Below are positions 47,735 through 55,159 of a stretch of 64,000 nt of DNA, one piece after another. The notes beneath the pieces were generated by a model, which worked only from the letters and a program-made list of their open reading frames with translations, searched no databases and had not been told where the DNA came from. This DNA comes from an uncultured Spirochaetaceae bacterium (GTDB lineage Bacteria; Spirochaetota; Spirochaetia; DTKZ01), in assembly GCA_964397655.1 (NCBI GenBank), contig CAYNKA010000004.1, forward strand, positions 249,413 to 313,412, read 5' to 3'. The position numbers and the translations under genes were made by a program. The first letter of the stretch is position 1. Every line of letters starts with the position of its first letter.

Positions 47735-48400
47735 TCATCCCTCGGCCGCGTTCTTGGCGGCCCGCACGATTTCGACCATCCTGCGGGCGTTCGCGGTGAT
47801 CGCGGGATAGTCTTTTCTCGCCAGGAGGTCCTTGTTCACGATCGCCCCTCCTATTCCAACCGCCAACGAGCCCGCCTTTATGAAGCGGGCTGCGGTTTCG
47901 AAGTCCACTCCGTTCGTGGGGACGAGCTCGACCTGCGGCAGGGGCTCCTTGACCGCCTTGATGTAATCCGCGCCTCCGACGCTCTTCGCCGGAAACACCT
48001 TCACCGCGTCCGCCCCTCCTTTCCAGGCCGTCATGATCTCGTTCGGCGTCAGTCCCGCCGGCATGACCGTAACTCCGTAGGAGCGGCACAAATCTACCGT
48101 GGACCGATCGAACACGGGACTCACGACGTAACTCGCGCCGGCGAGGATGGCTGCCCTGGCGGTCTCGGCGTCCAGTACCGTTCCGGCACCGATGAAGACG
48201 TCGAGCCCGCCGAGCTGCCTGACCGCCTTCTCCACGACGCCCAGGGCTCCGGGAACCGTCATCGTGATCTCGACGAATTTGACCCCGCCGTCGTGCAAGG
48301 CCTTAGCCGTGTCCACGAGAGCGTCGGGGCTTTCCGTGCGGAGAACCACGATCACGCCGCTCTTCCTGAGTTCATCCATGACGATGTGTTTCGCCGTCAT
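47735..48400 (-). CDS. eda: KDPG/KHG aldolase
   Basis: VEITMTVP, GAGTVLD, VSP, TPNEI and KVFPA motifs. Confidence 0.92.
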   Translation of the reverse strand: MTAKHIVMDELRKSGVIVVLRTESPDALVDTAKALHDGGVKFVEITMTVPGALGVVEKAVRQLGGLDVFIGAGTVLDAETARAAILAGASYVVSPVFDRSTVDLCRSYGVTVMPAGLTPNEIMTAWKGGADAVKVFPAKSVGGADYIKAVKEPLPQVELVPTNGVDFETAARFIKAGSLAVGIGGAIVNKDLLARKDYPAITANARRMVEIVRAAKNAAEG

Positions 48401-48451
48401 TTTCTCCTCCTTTTTCAGACGTCGGGGAATTCGCCGCGAGGCGCCGCCGGC

Positions 48452-49600
48452 TCAGGGCCTGCCCCCGGTATGCAGGGGATAGCGACCGGCCGACATCGCC
48501 TCCTCGAACATGGCGCGGACGTTTTCCGGGGGCACGTCGGGTTGGATGCAATGCACCGCCGCGAGAATGTATCCGCCGCCGGGCCCCAGGTCTCCGATTC
48601 GGCGGCGGACCTCCTCACGGACCTCGTCGGTCGTGCCGTGCGGAAGGATTCTCTGCGAATCCACGCCGCCGCAGAACGAAAGCCGCTTTCCGTATCTCCG
48701 CTTCAGCGCTGCAGTGTCGCCCAGGCCGCGGGCGGAGACCTGGACCGGGTTGAGGATGTCCACGCCGATCTCCACGAGGTCGTCGATCAACGGGCCGACG
48801 TTCCCGCAGGAATGATAGAAGATCTTCGCCTTCGTCCTTTTCTTCACCGCGGACATGAGCTCCGCGTGGAATGGCTTGACGATTTCCCGGTACATCGAGG
48901 GTGAGATGAGCGGCGCCTCCTGGCTCGCGAGGTCGTCCCCCGTCACGAGGACGTCGATGCATTCCCCGGCCTCGGCCAGGAGCGCCTCCGCCGCGGCGAG
49001 CTGGAGGTCCGTGACCCTGCGGAGAAGGGCCCGGGCGAAATCCGGATCGGCCGCGAGATCGATCATGAAGGCCTCCATGCCCCGAAGCATGCAGCAGAAC
49101 TCGAAGGGCGTGATCCCGGAAAGCCCGACCGTCGCGTACCCCGCGTCCCGGATCTTCCGGGCCCGAATGCCCAGCCCCTCGAACCTTGACGGATGCGAGA
49201 GATCGGGCCAGGGATGCGTGTCGATGTCCGAGATTCCGGCGTCGTGCAGGGGCGGAACGGAAATTTCGTAGTAGGCGCCTTCGGGAGGCCTGCGCCAGGA
49301 TATGCCCCAGGAGTCCGTGAAGGCGTCTCCTTCCAATTCCCGCTCGTTCGCCGAAGGGGCGGGGCCCGGAGCGAGCATCCTGCCGTCGGATCCGAACCGT
49401 CTCATAACGTCCTCGTCGAGAACCGCGTACTGCAGAGCGCGCCAGAAGACCTCGGTTTCGCCGCCCAGGCCAAGGCTCGACTTGAGTCTGTCGTAGGCGG
49501 AGGCCAGCATGGTCGTGACGCCCGACGTCCCGAAGAAAATGGGCACCCGGTCGGGTTCTTCGTGTTCGAGAGTGCAGAGCACACGTTCGCGGGATGTCAT
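48452..49600 (-). CDS. UroD / MtaA-CmuA-fold protein 2
   Basis: MTSRERV..TL.HEEPDRVP, LRGME.F..DL, DDLASQ..PLISP, YHSCG and HCIQPDVPPENV motifs. Confidence 0.85.
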   Translation of the reverse strand: MTSRERVLCTLEHEEPDRVPIFFGTSGVTTMLASAYDRLKSSLGLGGETEVFWRALQYAVLDEDVMRRFGSDGRMLAPGPAPSANERELEGDAFTDSWGISWRRPPEGAYYEISVPPLHDAGISDIDTHPWPDLSHPSRFEGLGIRARKIRDAGYATVGLSGITPFEFCCMLRGMEAFMIDLAADPDFARALLRRVTDLQLAAAEALLAEAGECIDVLVTGDDLASQEAPLISPSMYREIVKPFHAELMSAVKKRTKAKIFYHSCGNVGPLIDDLVEIGVDILNPVQVSARGLGDTAALKRRYGKRLSFCGGVDSQRILPHGTTDEVREEVRRRIGDLGPGGGYILAAVHCIQPDVPPENVRAMFEEAMSAGRYPLHTGGRP

Positions 49601-49637
49601 GGATAACCCCTCCTTGTTGCGCTCGAGGCGGAACCCT

Positions 49638-50750
49638 TCAGTACCCGCCCAGTTCCAATCCCCGTTCGACGAAGTGCCTGTAGGTGCGGTATTCGACCCT
49701 GTTGCTCACGCTGTGATCGCTCTGCAGGATGTATCCTCCGCCTTCCTTGACCTTCGGAATCGTCCTTTTCAGCATGGCGTCGACCTCGGAAAGGTCGTTG
49801 GTTTCCAGGACGTTGATGTCCATGCCGCCGATGAGGCAGATCCTGTCTCCGTAATTCTTCTTTACCCGGAGAAGGTCCATGCCCGCCTTGATTTCGATCG
49901 GCTGGAGGCAGTCGATGCCCGCTTCGACGAGAAGGGGCAGGAGCGGCTCGATGAAACCGTCGCAGTGAAGGATGACCGGCAGTTTCCGGGAGTGCGCGAA
50001 ATCGAACAGGCGTCGATGGGCGGGAAAGACTATGTCCCGGTACATGTCCGGAGACATGAAGGGCCGGTCCTTGAAGCCGAGGTCGTCCCACACCCAGAGC
50101 CCGTCGGGAAGCCCCTCCCGCTCGAAGAGCGATTCCAGGAGCCTGACCGTCGTCTCGGCATAGGTCATGGCCATCCTCTTGACCCAGTCCGGGTCGAGGG
50201 CCATTCCCGCCAGGAGGTTCTCGTGGCCGCACATGGGAGCCATGAGGTCGAACGCCCCGATCACGCCGCAGACGAAGAAACGTGAGTCCCGGGAGCACTT
50301 CTCCCTGAGCCTCCGGTAGTTTTCGAAATCGATGCGGCTCCCGTCGAGCCCGGCGTCCGAGAGAAACGGTAGGATGCTTCTTTCCCAGTCCGGTCTTTCC
50401 CTCACCGCGAACCCGACGTGCTCGGGGGCGCCGGAGCCGTTCCTGAGCCAGCGGAGGATCGCCCCGTTGCCGTCCCTGACCAGTCTGGCTGTTTCGTTTT
50501 CCTCGACGAGAACCTGGCCGTATCCGGGATCCCCCACAAGGTTCAAGGCCTTCCACGCGGCAGGCGTGATTTCTCCGCCGGTTCGGCGAAGATCGAGCCC
50601 GAAGTGGTCGCTGACCTCTTCCGGGTTCCTGATGCCGCCGTTTCGGGCCCAGGACTCGGCCGTTTCCCGCCAGTAGACTTCGAAGAGCCCGATCCTATCG
50701 ACCGGTCTGCGGGTCAGTATCCTTTCGATGCGTTCCTTTCCGCTCAGCAC
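49638..50750 (-). CDS. UroD / MtaA-CmuA-fold protein 1
   Basis: KERI..IL..RPVDRI, DDLGFK..PFMSP.MYR, LHCDG, LQPIE.KAGMD and GGYILQSDHSV motifs. Confidence 0.82.
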   Translation of the reverse strand: MLSGKERIERILTRRPVDRIGLFEVYWRETAESWARNGGIRNPEEVSDHFGLDLRRTGGEITPAAWKALNLVGDPGYGQVLVEENETARLVRDGNGAILRWLRNGSGAPEHVGFAVRERPDWERSILPFLSDAGLDGSRIDFENYRRLREKCSRDSRFFVCGVIGAFDLMAPMCGHENLLAGMALDPDWVKRMAMTYAETTVRLLESLFEREGLPDGLWVWDDLGFKDRPFMSPDMYRDIVFPAHRRLFDFAHSRKLPVILHCDGFIEPLLPLLVEAGIDCLQPIEIKAGMDLLRVKKNYGDRICLIGGMDINVLETNDLSEVDAMLKRTIPKVKEGGGYILQSDHSVSNRVEYRTYRHFVERGLELGGY

Positions 50751-50809
50751 TTCGGGAACCTCCTTGATTGTGCCGTTCAGCCCGTTTAGGGCGAGACCTG
50801 TGCCGGTTT

Positions 50810-51541
50810 TCAGGACTCCATGGTCGGCGTTTCGCCTTTCCTGTATTTTTTCACGAGATTCGCGAAGTTGAATTCGGAATTTTCCAGGTGCTTCTCCATC
50901 GCCTTGCCCGCGAGCTCCGGATTTTTTTTCTTCAAAGCATTGAAGAGGCGGATGTGCCCTTCAAGGGCCTCTTTCCTCGCCGTGGCGGAATAGCTGTAGT
51001 CGAACATGTACGTCATGATGCTTTCGAGCGGCTGCAGAAGGCTTCTGAACAGGTAATTCTTGGTCGCTTTGGCGATGATGGAATGGAATTCGAAATCCAA
51101 TTTGCCGAGCTCTTCCCTCTTCATCATGTTGTCTTTCATTTTTTCTATGATTTCTTTCAGTCCCCGGAGGTCTTCCTCGGTCGCCCGCTGCGCGGCGAGC
51201 TCGCAGGCCTTCACCTCGAGGGCGAAACGCATTTCGTAGTAGTCCTTGATCGCCGAGTCGCTCAGGATGATGAGCCGGTTGAGCATTTCGCCCAGGTCCG
51301 CCGAAGTCGGTCGCGTGATGAAGCTTCCGGCGCCGTTCTTGACCTCGATGAGCCCGCGCGCCTTCACGTCCCGTAGGGCCTCCCGGACAATGTTCCGGCT
51401 CACGCCGAATTGGGCGGCCAACGCCTGTTCCGACGGAAGCTTTTCCCCGACCTTGAGCTCGCCGCTTATGATCGCCTCCTCCAAAGCGGAGGCGACGATC
51501 TCGTGCTTGTTGCTTTTCTGAACCACGCTGAAATTGGTCAA
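50810..51541 (-). CDS. FadR/GntR family regulator
   Basis: GEKLPSEQALA.QFGVSRNIVREAL and D.EFH..IA..T.N. Start taken as TTG at 51541, after GGAGG. Confidence 0.9.
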   Translation of the reverse strand: MTNFSVVQKSNKHEIVASALEEAIISGELKVGEKLPSEQALAAQFGVSRNIVREALRDVKARGLIEVKNGAGSFITRPTSADLGEMLNRLIILSDSAIKDYYEMRFALEVKACELAAQRATEEDLRGLKEIIEKMKDNMMKREELGKLDFEFHSIIAKATKNYLFRSLLQPLESIMTYMFDYSYSATARKEALEGHIRLFNALKKKNPELAGKAMEKHLENSEFNFANLVKKYRKGETPTMES

Positions 51542-51569
51542 TTGAGCCCTCCGATCAGTCCGCCTAGTC

Positions 51570-51584
51570 ACCTGTACTACAGGT
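51570..51584. promoter_or_regulatory. FadR-type palindromic operator next to the regulator's -10
   Basis: ACCTGT-ACT-ACAGGT, directly downstream (minus strand) of TTGACG-17bp-TACGAT. Confidence 0.65.
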
Positions 51585-51712
51585 ATCGTAAACGAGAATT
51601 TTCTGGCCGTCAATGTTTTTTTGAAGGTACGATGAGGGATCGATCGAGTCGTCGTGAAGGGTCGGCTGCGATGAGGAGGAGGGCGCGGCGGAAATCGTCG
51701 GGCTTCGGCCCC

Positions 51713-52054
51713 CTAGGGGGCCGGCATCACCTTGATGGAGCGGTCGTCCTTTTCGGCGATCCGGAAGGCCTCTTCCCACCGATCGAGCGGGAAGACGTGC
51801 GTCGCCACGTTCCGAGTGGGAAGCTTCCCCGCCTCGATCCACTCGATCACGGTTTCGCAGCAGTACGGGCTGAGGTGCGAACCGAGAAGATTGAACTCCT
51901 TGCGGTCGCTTATGATGCTCCAGTCCGCGGTCACGAGATCCTTGAAGACGCTGAATTCGACGAAGGTCCCCATTTTCCGGATGGGGCCGAGCCCCTGGTT
52001 CACGCTGGCCGGTTTTTCCTTCCTGAAGATGGGATATGCTTCGATGGTTTCCGT
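51713..52054 (-). pseudogene. Zn-dependent polyol dehydrogenase (EltD-like MDR) remnant
   Basis: AGGAGG is followed by ACG (an apparent mutated ATG) at 52054. About 13 codons are then fused in frame to PASVNQGL..IRKMGTFVEFSVF..LVTADWSIISDRKEFNLLGSHL.PY...TH.FPL...IKV, which is only the C-terminal ~100 aa. Confidence 0.75.
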
Positions 52055-52129
52055 TGTGCTTTTCCTCCTGATCTAGTTTTTCTCGGCCGTCACGGGGAGC
52101 CCGGCGTCTCGGTCCCGAGCAGTCGGCGC

Positions 52130-53062
52130 TTACTCAGGCCTCTTTTCCCCGAGCATACGGGCCGCCTTCGCGGTCGTCTCCGCGAGGTCGGTGAGGTCCG
52201 CGCCGATGATCACTCTCGACCCCGACTTCGCGATCCCGCCCAGGGCGTCGATCCAGTTCTCCGAGACGCGAAGGCTCGCCGCGGCCTCTCCGCCCTTGGC
52301 GGTCACCGCTTCGGCCACCTTTCTGATGGCCTCCGCGGTCGCGCGCGCGACGGCGACGATCTCGTTCGCCTCGCCTTCGGCCTCGTTGACCATCCTCTGT
52401 TTCTGGCCTTCGCTCAGGTTCACGGCCTCCTCGTAGGCGGCCTGCGAGAGGTTGATCTTGGTCTCCATCTCGCCCAGGGAACGGGCGATCTCGGCGCGTT
52501 TCTCGCGCTCGGCCTTCATCTGGGCTTCCATCGCGTCCATGATCGATTCCGAGACCTTTATGTTCTGGATCTCGTAGCGCGTCACCTTGACGCCCCAGGG
52601 ATCCGAAGCTTCGTCGACCGCCTTCACGACGCTCGCGTTGATCTTCTCCCTCGCCTCGAAGGTGTTGTCGAGTTCGAGCTGCCCGATGACGGATCTCATC
52701 GTGGTCTGCGCGAGGAGGACCGTGGCGTAGGCGTAGTTCTTGATTCCGTAACTCGCCTTTTTCGGGTCGATCACCTGGAGGTAGAGGACCCCGTCGACGC
52801 GCACCTGAACGTTGTCCTTGGTGAAGCAGTCCTGCGCGGGCACGTCGACGGCCTGTTCCTTGAGGGTCTGCCGGTACCTCACCTTGTCGATGAAGGGAAC
52901 GAGCACGTGGAAACCGGCCTGGAGCGTGCGGTTGTACTTCCCGAGGCGTTCGACGATGAGAGCCGTCTTGTTCGGGACCACGCGGACGCTGCGGAAGAGC
53001 GTGAAGACGAAGACGAGGGCGGCCGCGACGAGTATGACGAAAAGCGGAAGGAAGGGGTTCAT
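52130..53062 (-). CDS. SPFH (stomatin/band-7) family protein
   Basis: IVERLGKY..TL..G.H.L.PFID, TKDNV.V.VDG, LAQTTMRS.IG and E.QM.AERE.RA motifs. Confidence 0.93.
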   Translation of the reverse strand: MNPFLPLFVILVAAALVFVFTLFRSVRVVPNKTALIVERLGKYNRTLQAGFHVLVPFIDKVRYRQTLKEQAVDVPAQDCFTKDNVQVRVDGVLYLQVIDPKKASYGIKNYAYATVLLAQTTMRSVIGQLELDNTFEAREKINASVVKAVDEASDPWGVKVTRYEIQNIKVSESIMDAMEAQMKAEREKRAEIARSLGEMETKINLSQAAYEEAVNLSEGQKQRMVNEAEGEANEIVAVARATAEAIRKVAEAVTAKGGEAAASLRVSENWIDALGGIAKSGSRVIIGADLTDLAETTAKAARMLGEKRPE

Positions 53063-54003
53063 TTCCGGCCTCCTATGTCAGTCTGAGCTTTGGGTTCCGT
53101 GTGTTTTCCGGCGTTCCTGACGAGGTCCGCGACTGAAGCGATGCCGGCCAGCTCTTCGGGATAGACCGAGACGTCGCATTGGGCCAGGGTCGCCCGAAAA
53201 CGTGCGATGTAGCTCTCGGCGAGCCTGATTCCCATCGCGGTCCTGCCGCCGGGGAGGGTGAGCGCCTCGGCCACCATGCCGAGTCCCTCGGCCGTCGCCT
53301 TGCTCGTGATCTCGATCGCACGGGCCCTGCCTTCGGCGATGTTGATCTTCCTCTGCTTCTCGCCCATGGAACGGTTGATCGCGTCCTGCTTGTCGCCGAG
53401 GGAGACGTTGATCCTCGCCTGCTTCTTTCCCTCGCTGGAGAGGATGTTCGCCCGCTTGATCCTTTCCGCCCGCATCTGACTCTCCATCGCCTCCAGGATC
53501 GTCTCGGTAGGCGTGATGTCCCTGATCTCGTACCGGGTCACCTTGATGCCCCAGTTGTCCGAGGCTTCGTCCAGGGCGCGGACGATGTTGTCGTTGATTC
53601 CCTCCCGTCCGCAGAAGGTCTTGTCGAGCTCGAGCTTGCCGATCTCGCTCCTCATCGTCGTCTTCGCGAGCTGGGAGACCGCATAGCGGAAGTTCTCGAT
53701 GCCGTAGCTCGCCTTGACCGGATCGAGCACCCGGAGGTAGAGGATGCCGTCGACCTCGACCTGCACGTTGTCCGAGGTGATGCAGACCTGGGGTTCCACG
53801 TCGATCGCCTCCTCCTTGAGGTGCTGGTGATAGGCGATCCGGTCGATGAAGGGGACGAGCATGTGAAAGCCCGCCTCGAGGGTCGTGGTGTATTTCCCGA
53901 GCCGTTCAACGACGTAGCATTCCCGCTCCGGCACCACGACCGCGATCTTGAAAAGGACGACGACGAAAACGAACGCTACGAGATACGTGAGGATGATGGA
54001 CAT
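53059..54003 (-). CDS. SPFH (stomatin/band-7) family protein
   Basis: VVERLGKY, ITSDNVQVEVDG, LAKTTMRSEIG and QMRAER.KRA motifs. Confidence 0.93.
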   Translation of the reverse strand: MSIILTYLVAFVFVVVLFKIAVVVPERECYVVERLGKYTTTLEAGFHMLVPFIDRIAYHQHLKEEAIDVEPQVCITSDNVQVEVDGILYLRVLDPVKASYGIENFRYAVSQLAKTTMRSEIGKLELDKTFCGREGINDNIVRALDEASDNWGIKVTRYEIRDITPTETILEAMESQMRAERIKRANILSSEGKKQARINVSLGDKQDAINRSMGEKQRKINIAEGRARAIEITSKATAEGLGMVAEALTLPGGRTAMGIRLAESYIARFRATLAQCDVSVYPEELAGIASVADLVRNAGKHTEPKAQTDIGGRK

Positions 54004-54479
54004 CAGGTTCCTCCCTTTTTCCCCGACGAGGCGTCCGTCGCCTCGACGATGTAGGTCATGCCTTCCCGGGCAAGGATCTTCGCCATGCTTCCCGGTGCGA
54101 GTTCCCCCTCCCGGGCCCTGGCCTTCCAGCTCGTGCCCCGGAAACGGACTCTTCCCTCCCGCACGGTGCCGACCGTCTCGATCACCTCCGCGGTCTCGCC
54201 TATCCCTTCCTCCTCGGGATCGCCTTTCCTCGAATCGAAGACCGTTCCCGCGAACACCCGCGAGAACCGCCTGCGGAGGAAGACGAGCGACAGGACGGAG
54301 AAGACGACGAAGAGCAGGATCTGCAGCCAGAAGGCGGACGTCACGGACGGGATCAGGCTGAACATGGCGGTCGCGATCCCTCCCAAGCCGAAGAAAAAGA
54401 TGACGAAGCCGGGAAGGATTATTTCCAGGCCTATGCAGCCGACGCCGACGAGGGCCCATACGAACCACGGTTCAAACAT
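54003..54479 (-). CDS. NfeD-family membrane protein
   Basis: W...G...I.LE...PG......G, then an OB-fold G.V...GT.WKA. TGATG coupling to the SPFH gene. Confidence 0.88.
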   Translation of the reverse strand: MFEPWFVWALVGVGCIGLEIILPGFVIFFFGLGGIATAMFSLIPSVTSAFWLQILLFVVFSVLSLVFLRRRFSRVFAGTVFDSRKGDPEEEGIGETAEVIETVGTVREGRVRFRGTSWKARAREGELAPGSMAKILAREGMTYIVEATDASSGKKGGT

Positions 54480-54596
54480 GCTTGCCTCCGCTCGAATCAG
54501 TATACCATGAATGTCCGGTCGATACCGCTGGTCGGCTGACGAATTCACGATCCGACCGTTATGCGCGATCCGCATTTCCATGAGCAGGATACGGTC

Positions 54597-54950
54597 ATGA
54601 AATGCGCGGGCGAAGATTCGAGGAACGAGCACGAGGGCATTTTGCTCGGATTGGGCGTCCTCGGAAACATGGTCGGAAATTCGAAGGCGAAGCGCGAAGT
54701 CGATGACGATGATCTCGGGGACATGGCGGATTTCCTGAAGGTGTTCGCCGACAAGCGCCATCACGGCAAGGAGGAAGGGTTTCTCTTTCCCGCGATGGAA
54801 AAGTACGGCATTCCGAAGGATCGGGGACCGATCGGACAGATGCTTTCGGAGCACGAAGAGGAAGCCATGGGCAAGAGGGCTCACGAAAAACTCAACGGCA
54901 CGCTCGACGCTTTTCGGCGCAAATACCCGGCGAAGGAAAATAAGGCGTGA
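54597..54950 (+). pseudogene. Hemerythrin/HHE-domain protein remnant (internal in-frame deletion)
   Basis: NEHEGIL, FADK.HHGKEE.FLFPAME and GPIG.ML.EHEE are joined directly to a C-terminal-like MG...HEKL. The second H..KE..LFP helix pair is missing. Confidence 0.65.
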
Positions 54951-55057
54951 AAATCCGGCTCATAGACGTCCGTTCCTCGGAGATCCTCGCCTCGACCCGG
55001 ATCGTCGTCGAGAAAAAGCAGTTGATCGACGACGTGTTGGGTCCGATAAAAGGATGA
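54947..55057 (+). pseudogene. 36-codon fragment resembling the C-terminal strands of a CsgG/FlgO-type domain
   Basis: VKIRLIDVRSSEILASTRIVVEKKQLIDDVLGPIKG*. There is an in-frame TAA two codons upstream. Confidence 0.35.
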
Positions 55058-55144
55058 TCACCCCCTCGCCATCGAAAGGTAGAGCACGAGGATGAAGGCC
55101 ACCGTCTGCAGCGTATCATACCCTAGGACTATTTGGATCTCCAT
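55058..55144 (-). CDS. Possible 28-aa hydrophobic small protein
   Basis: MEIQIVLGYDTLQTVAFILVLYLSMARG*, starting 16 nt after the caspase gene stop, with a weak GGGG SD. Confidence 0.3.
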   Translation of the reverse strand: MEIQIVLGYDTLQTVAFILVLYLSMARG

Positions 55145-55159
55145 GACTCGACCCCGCTT

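Noticed and set aside
45687-50750. Assigning hemE to the UroD-fold genes
   Set aside because: The N-terminal HemE RQAGR motif is not seen, and the HxC motifs and sugar-operon context point elsewhere.
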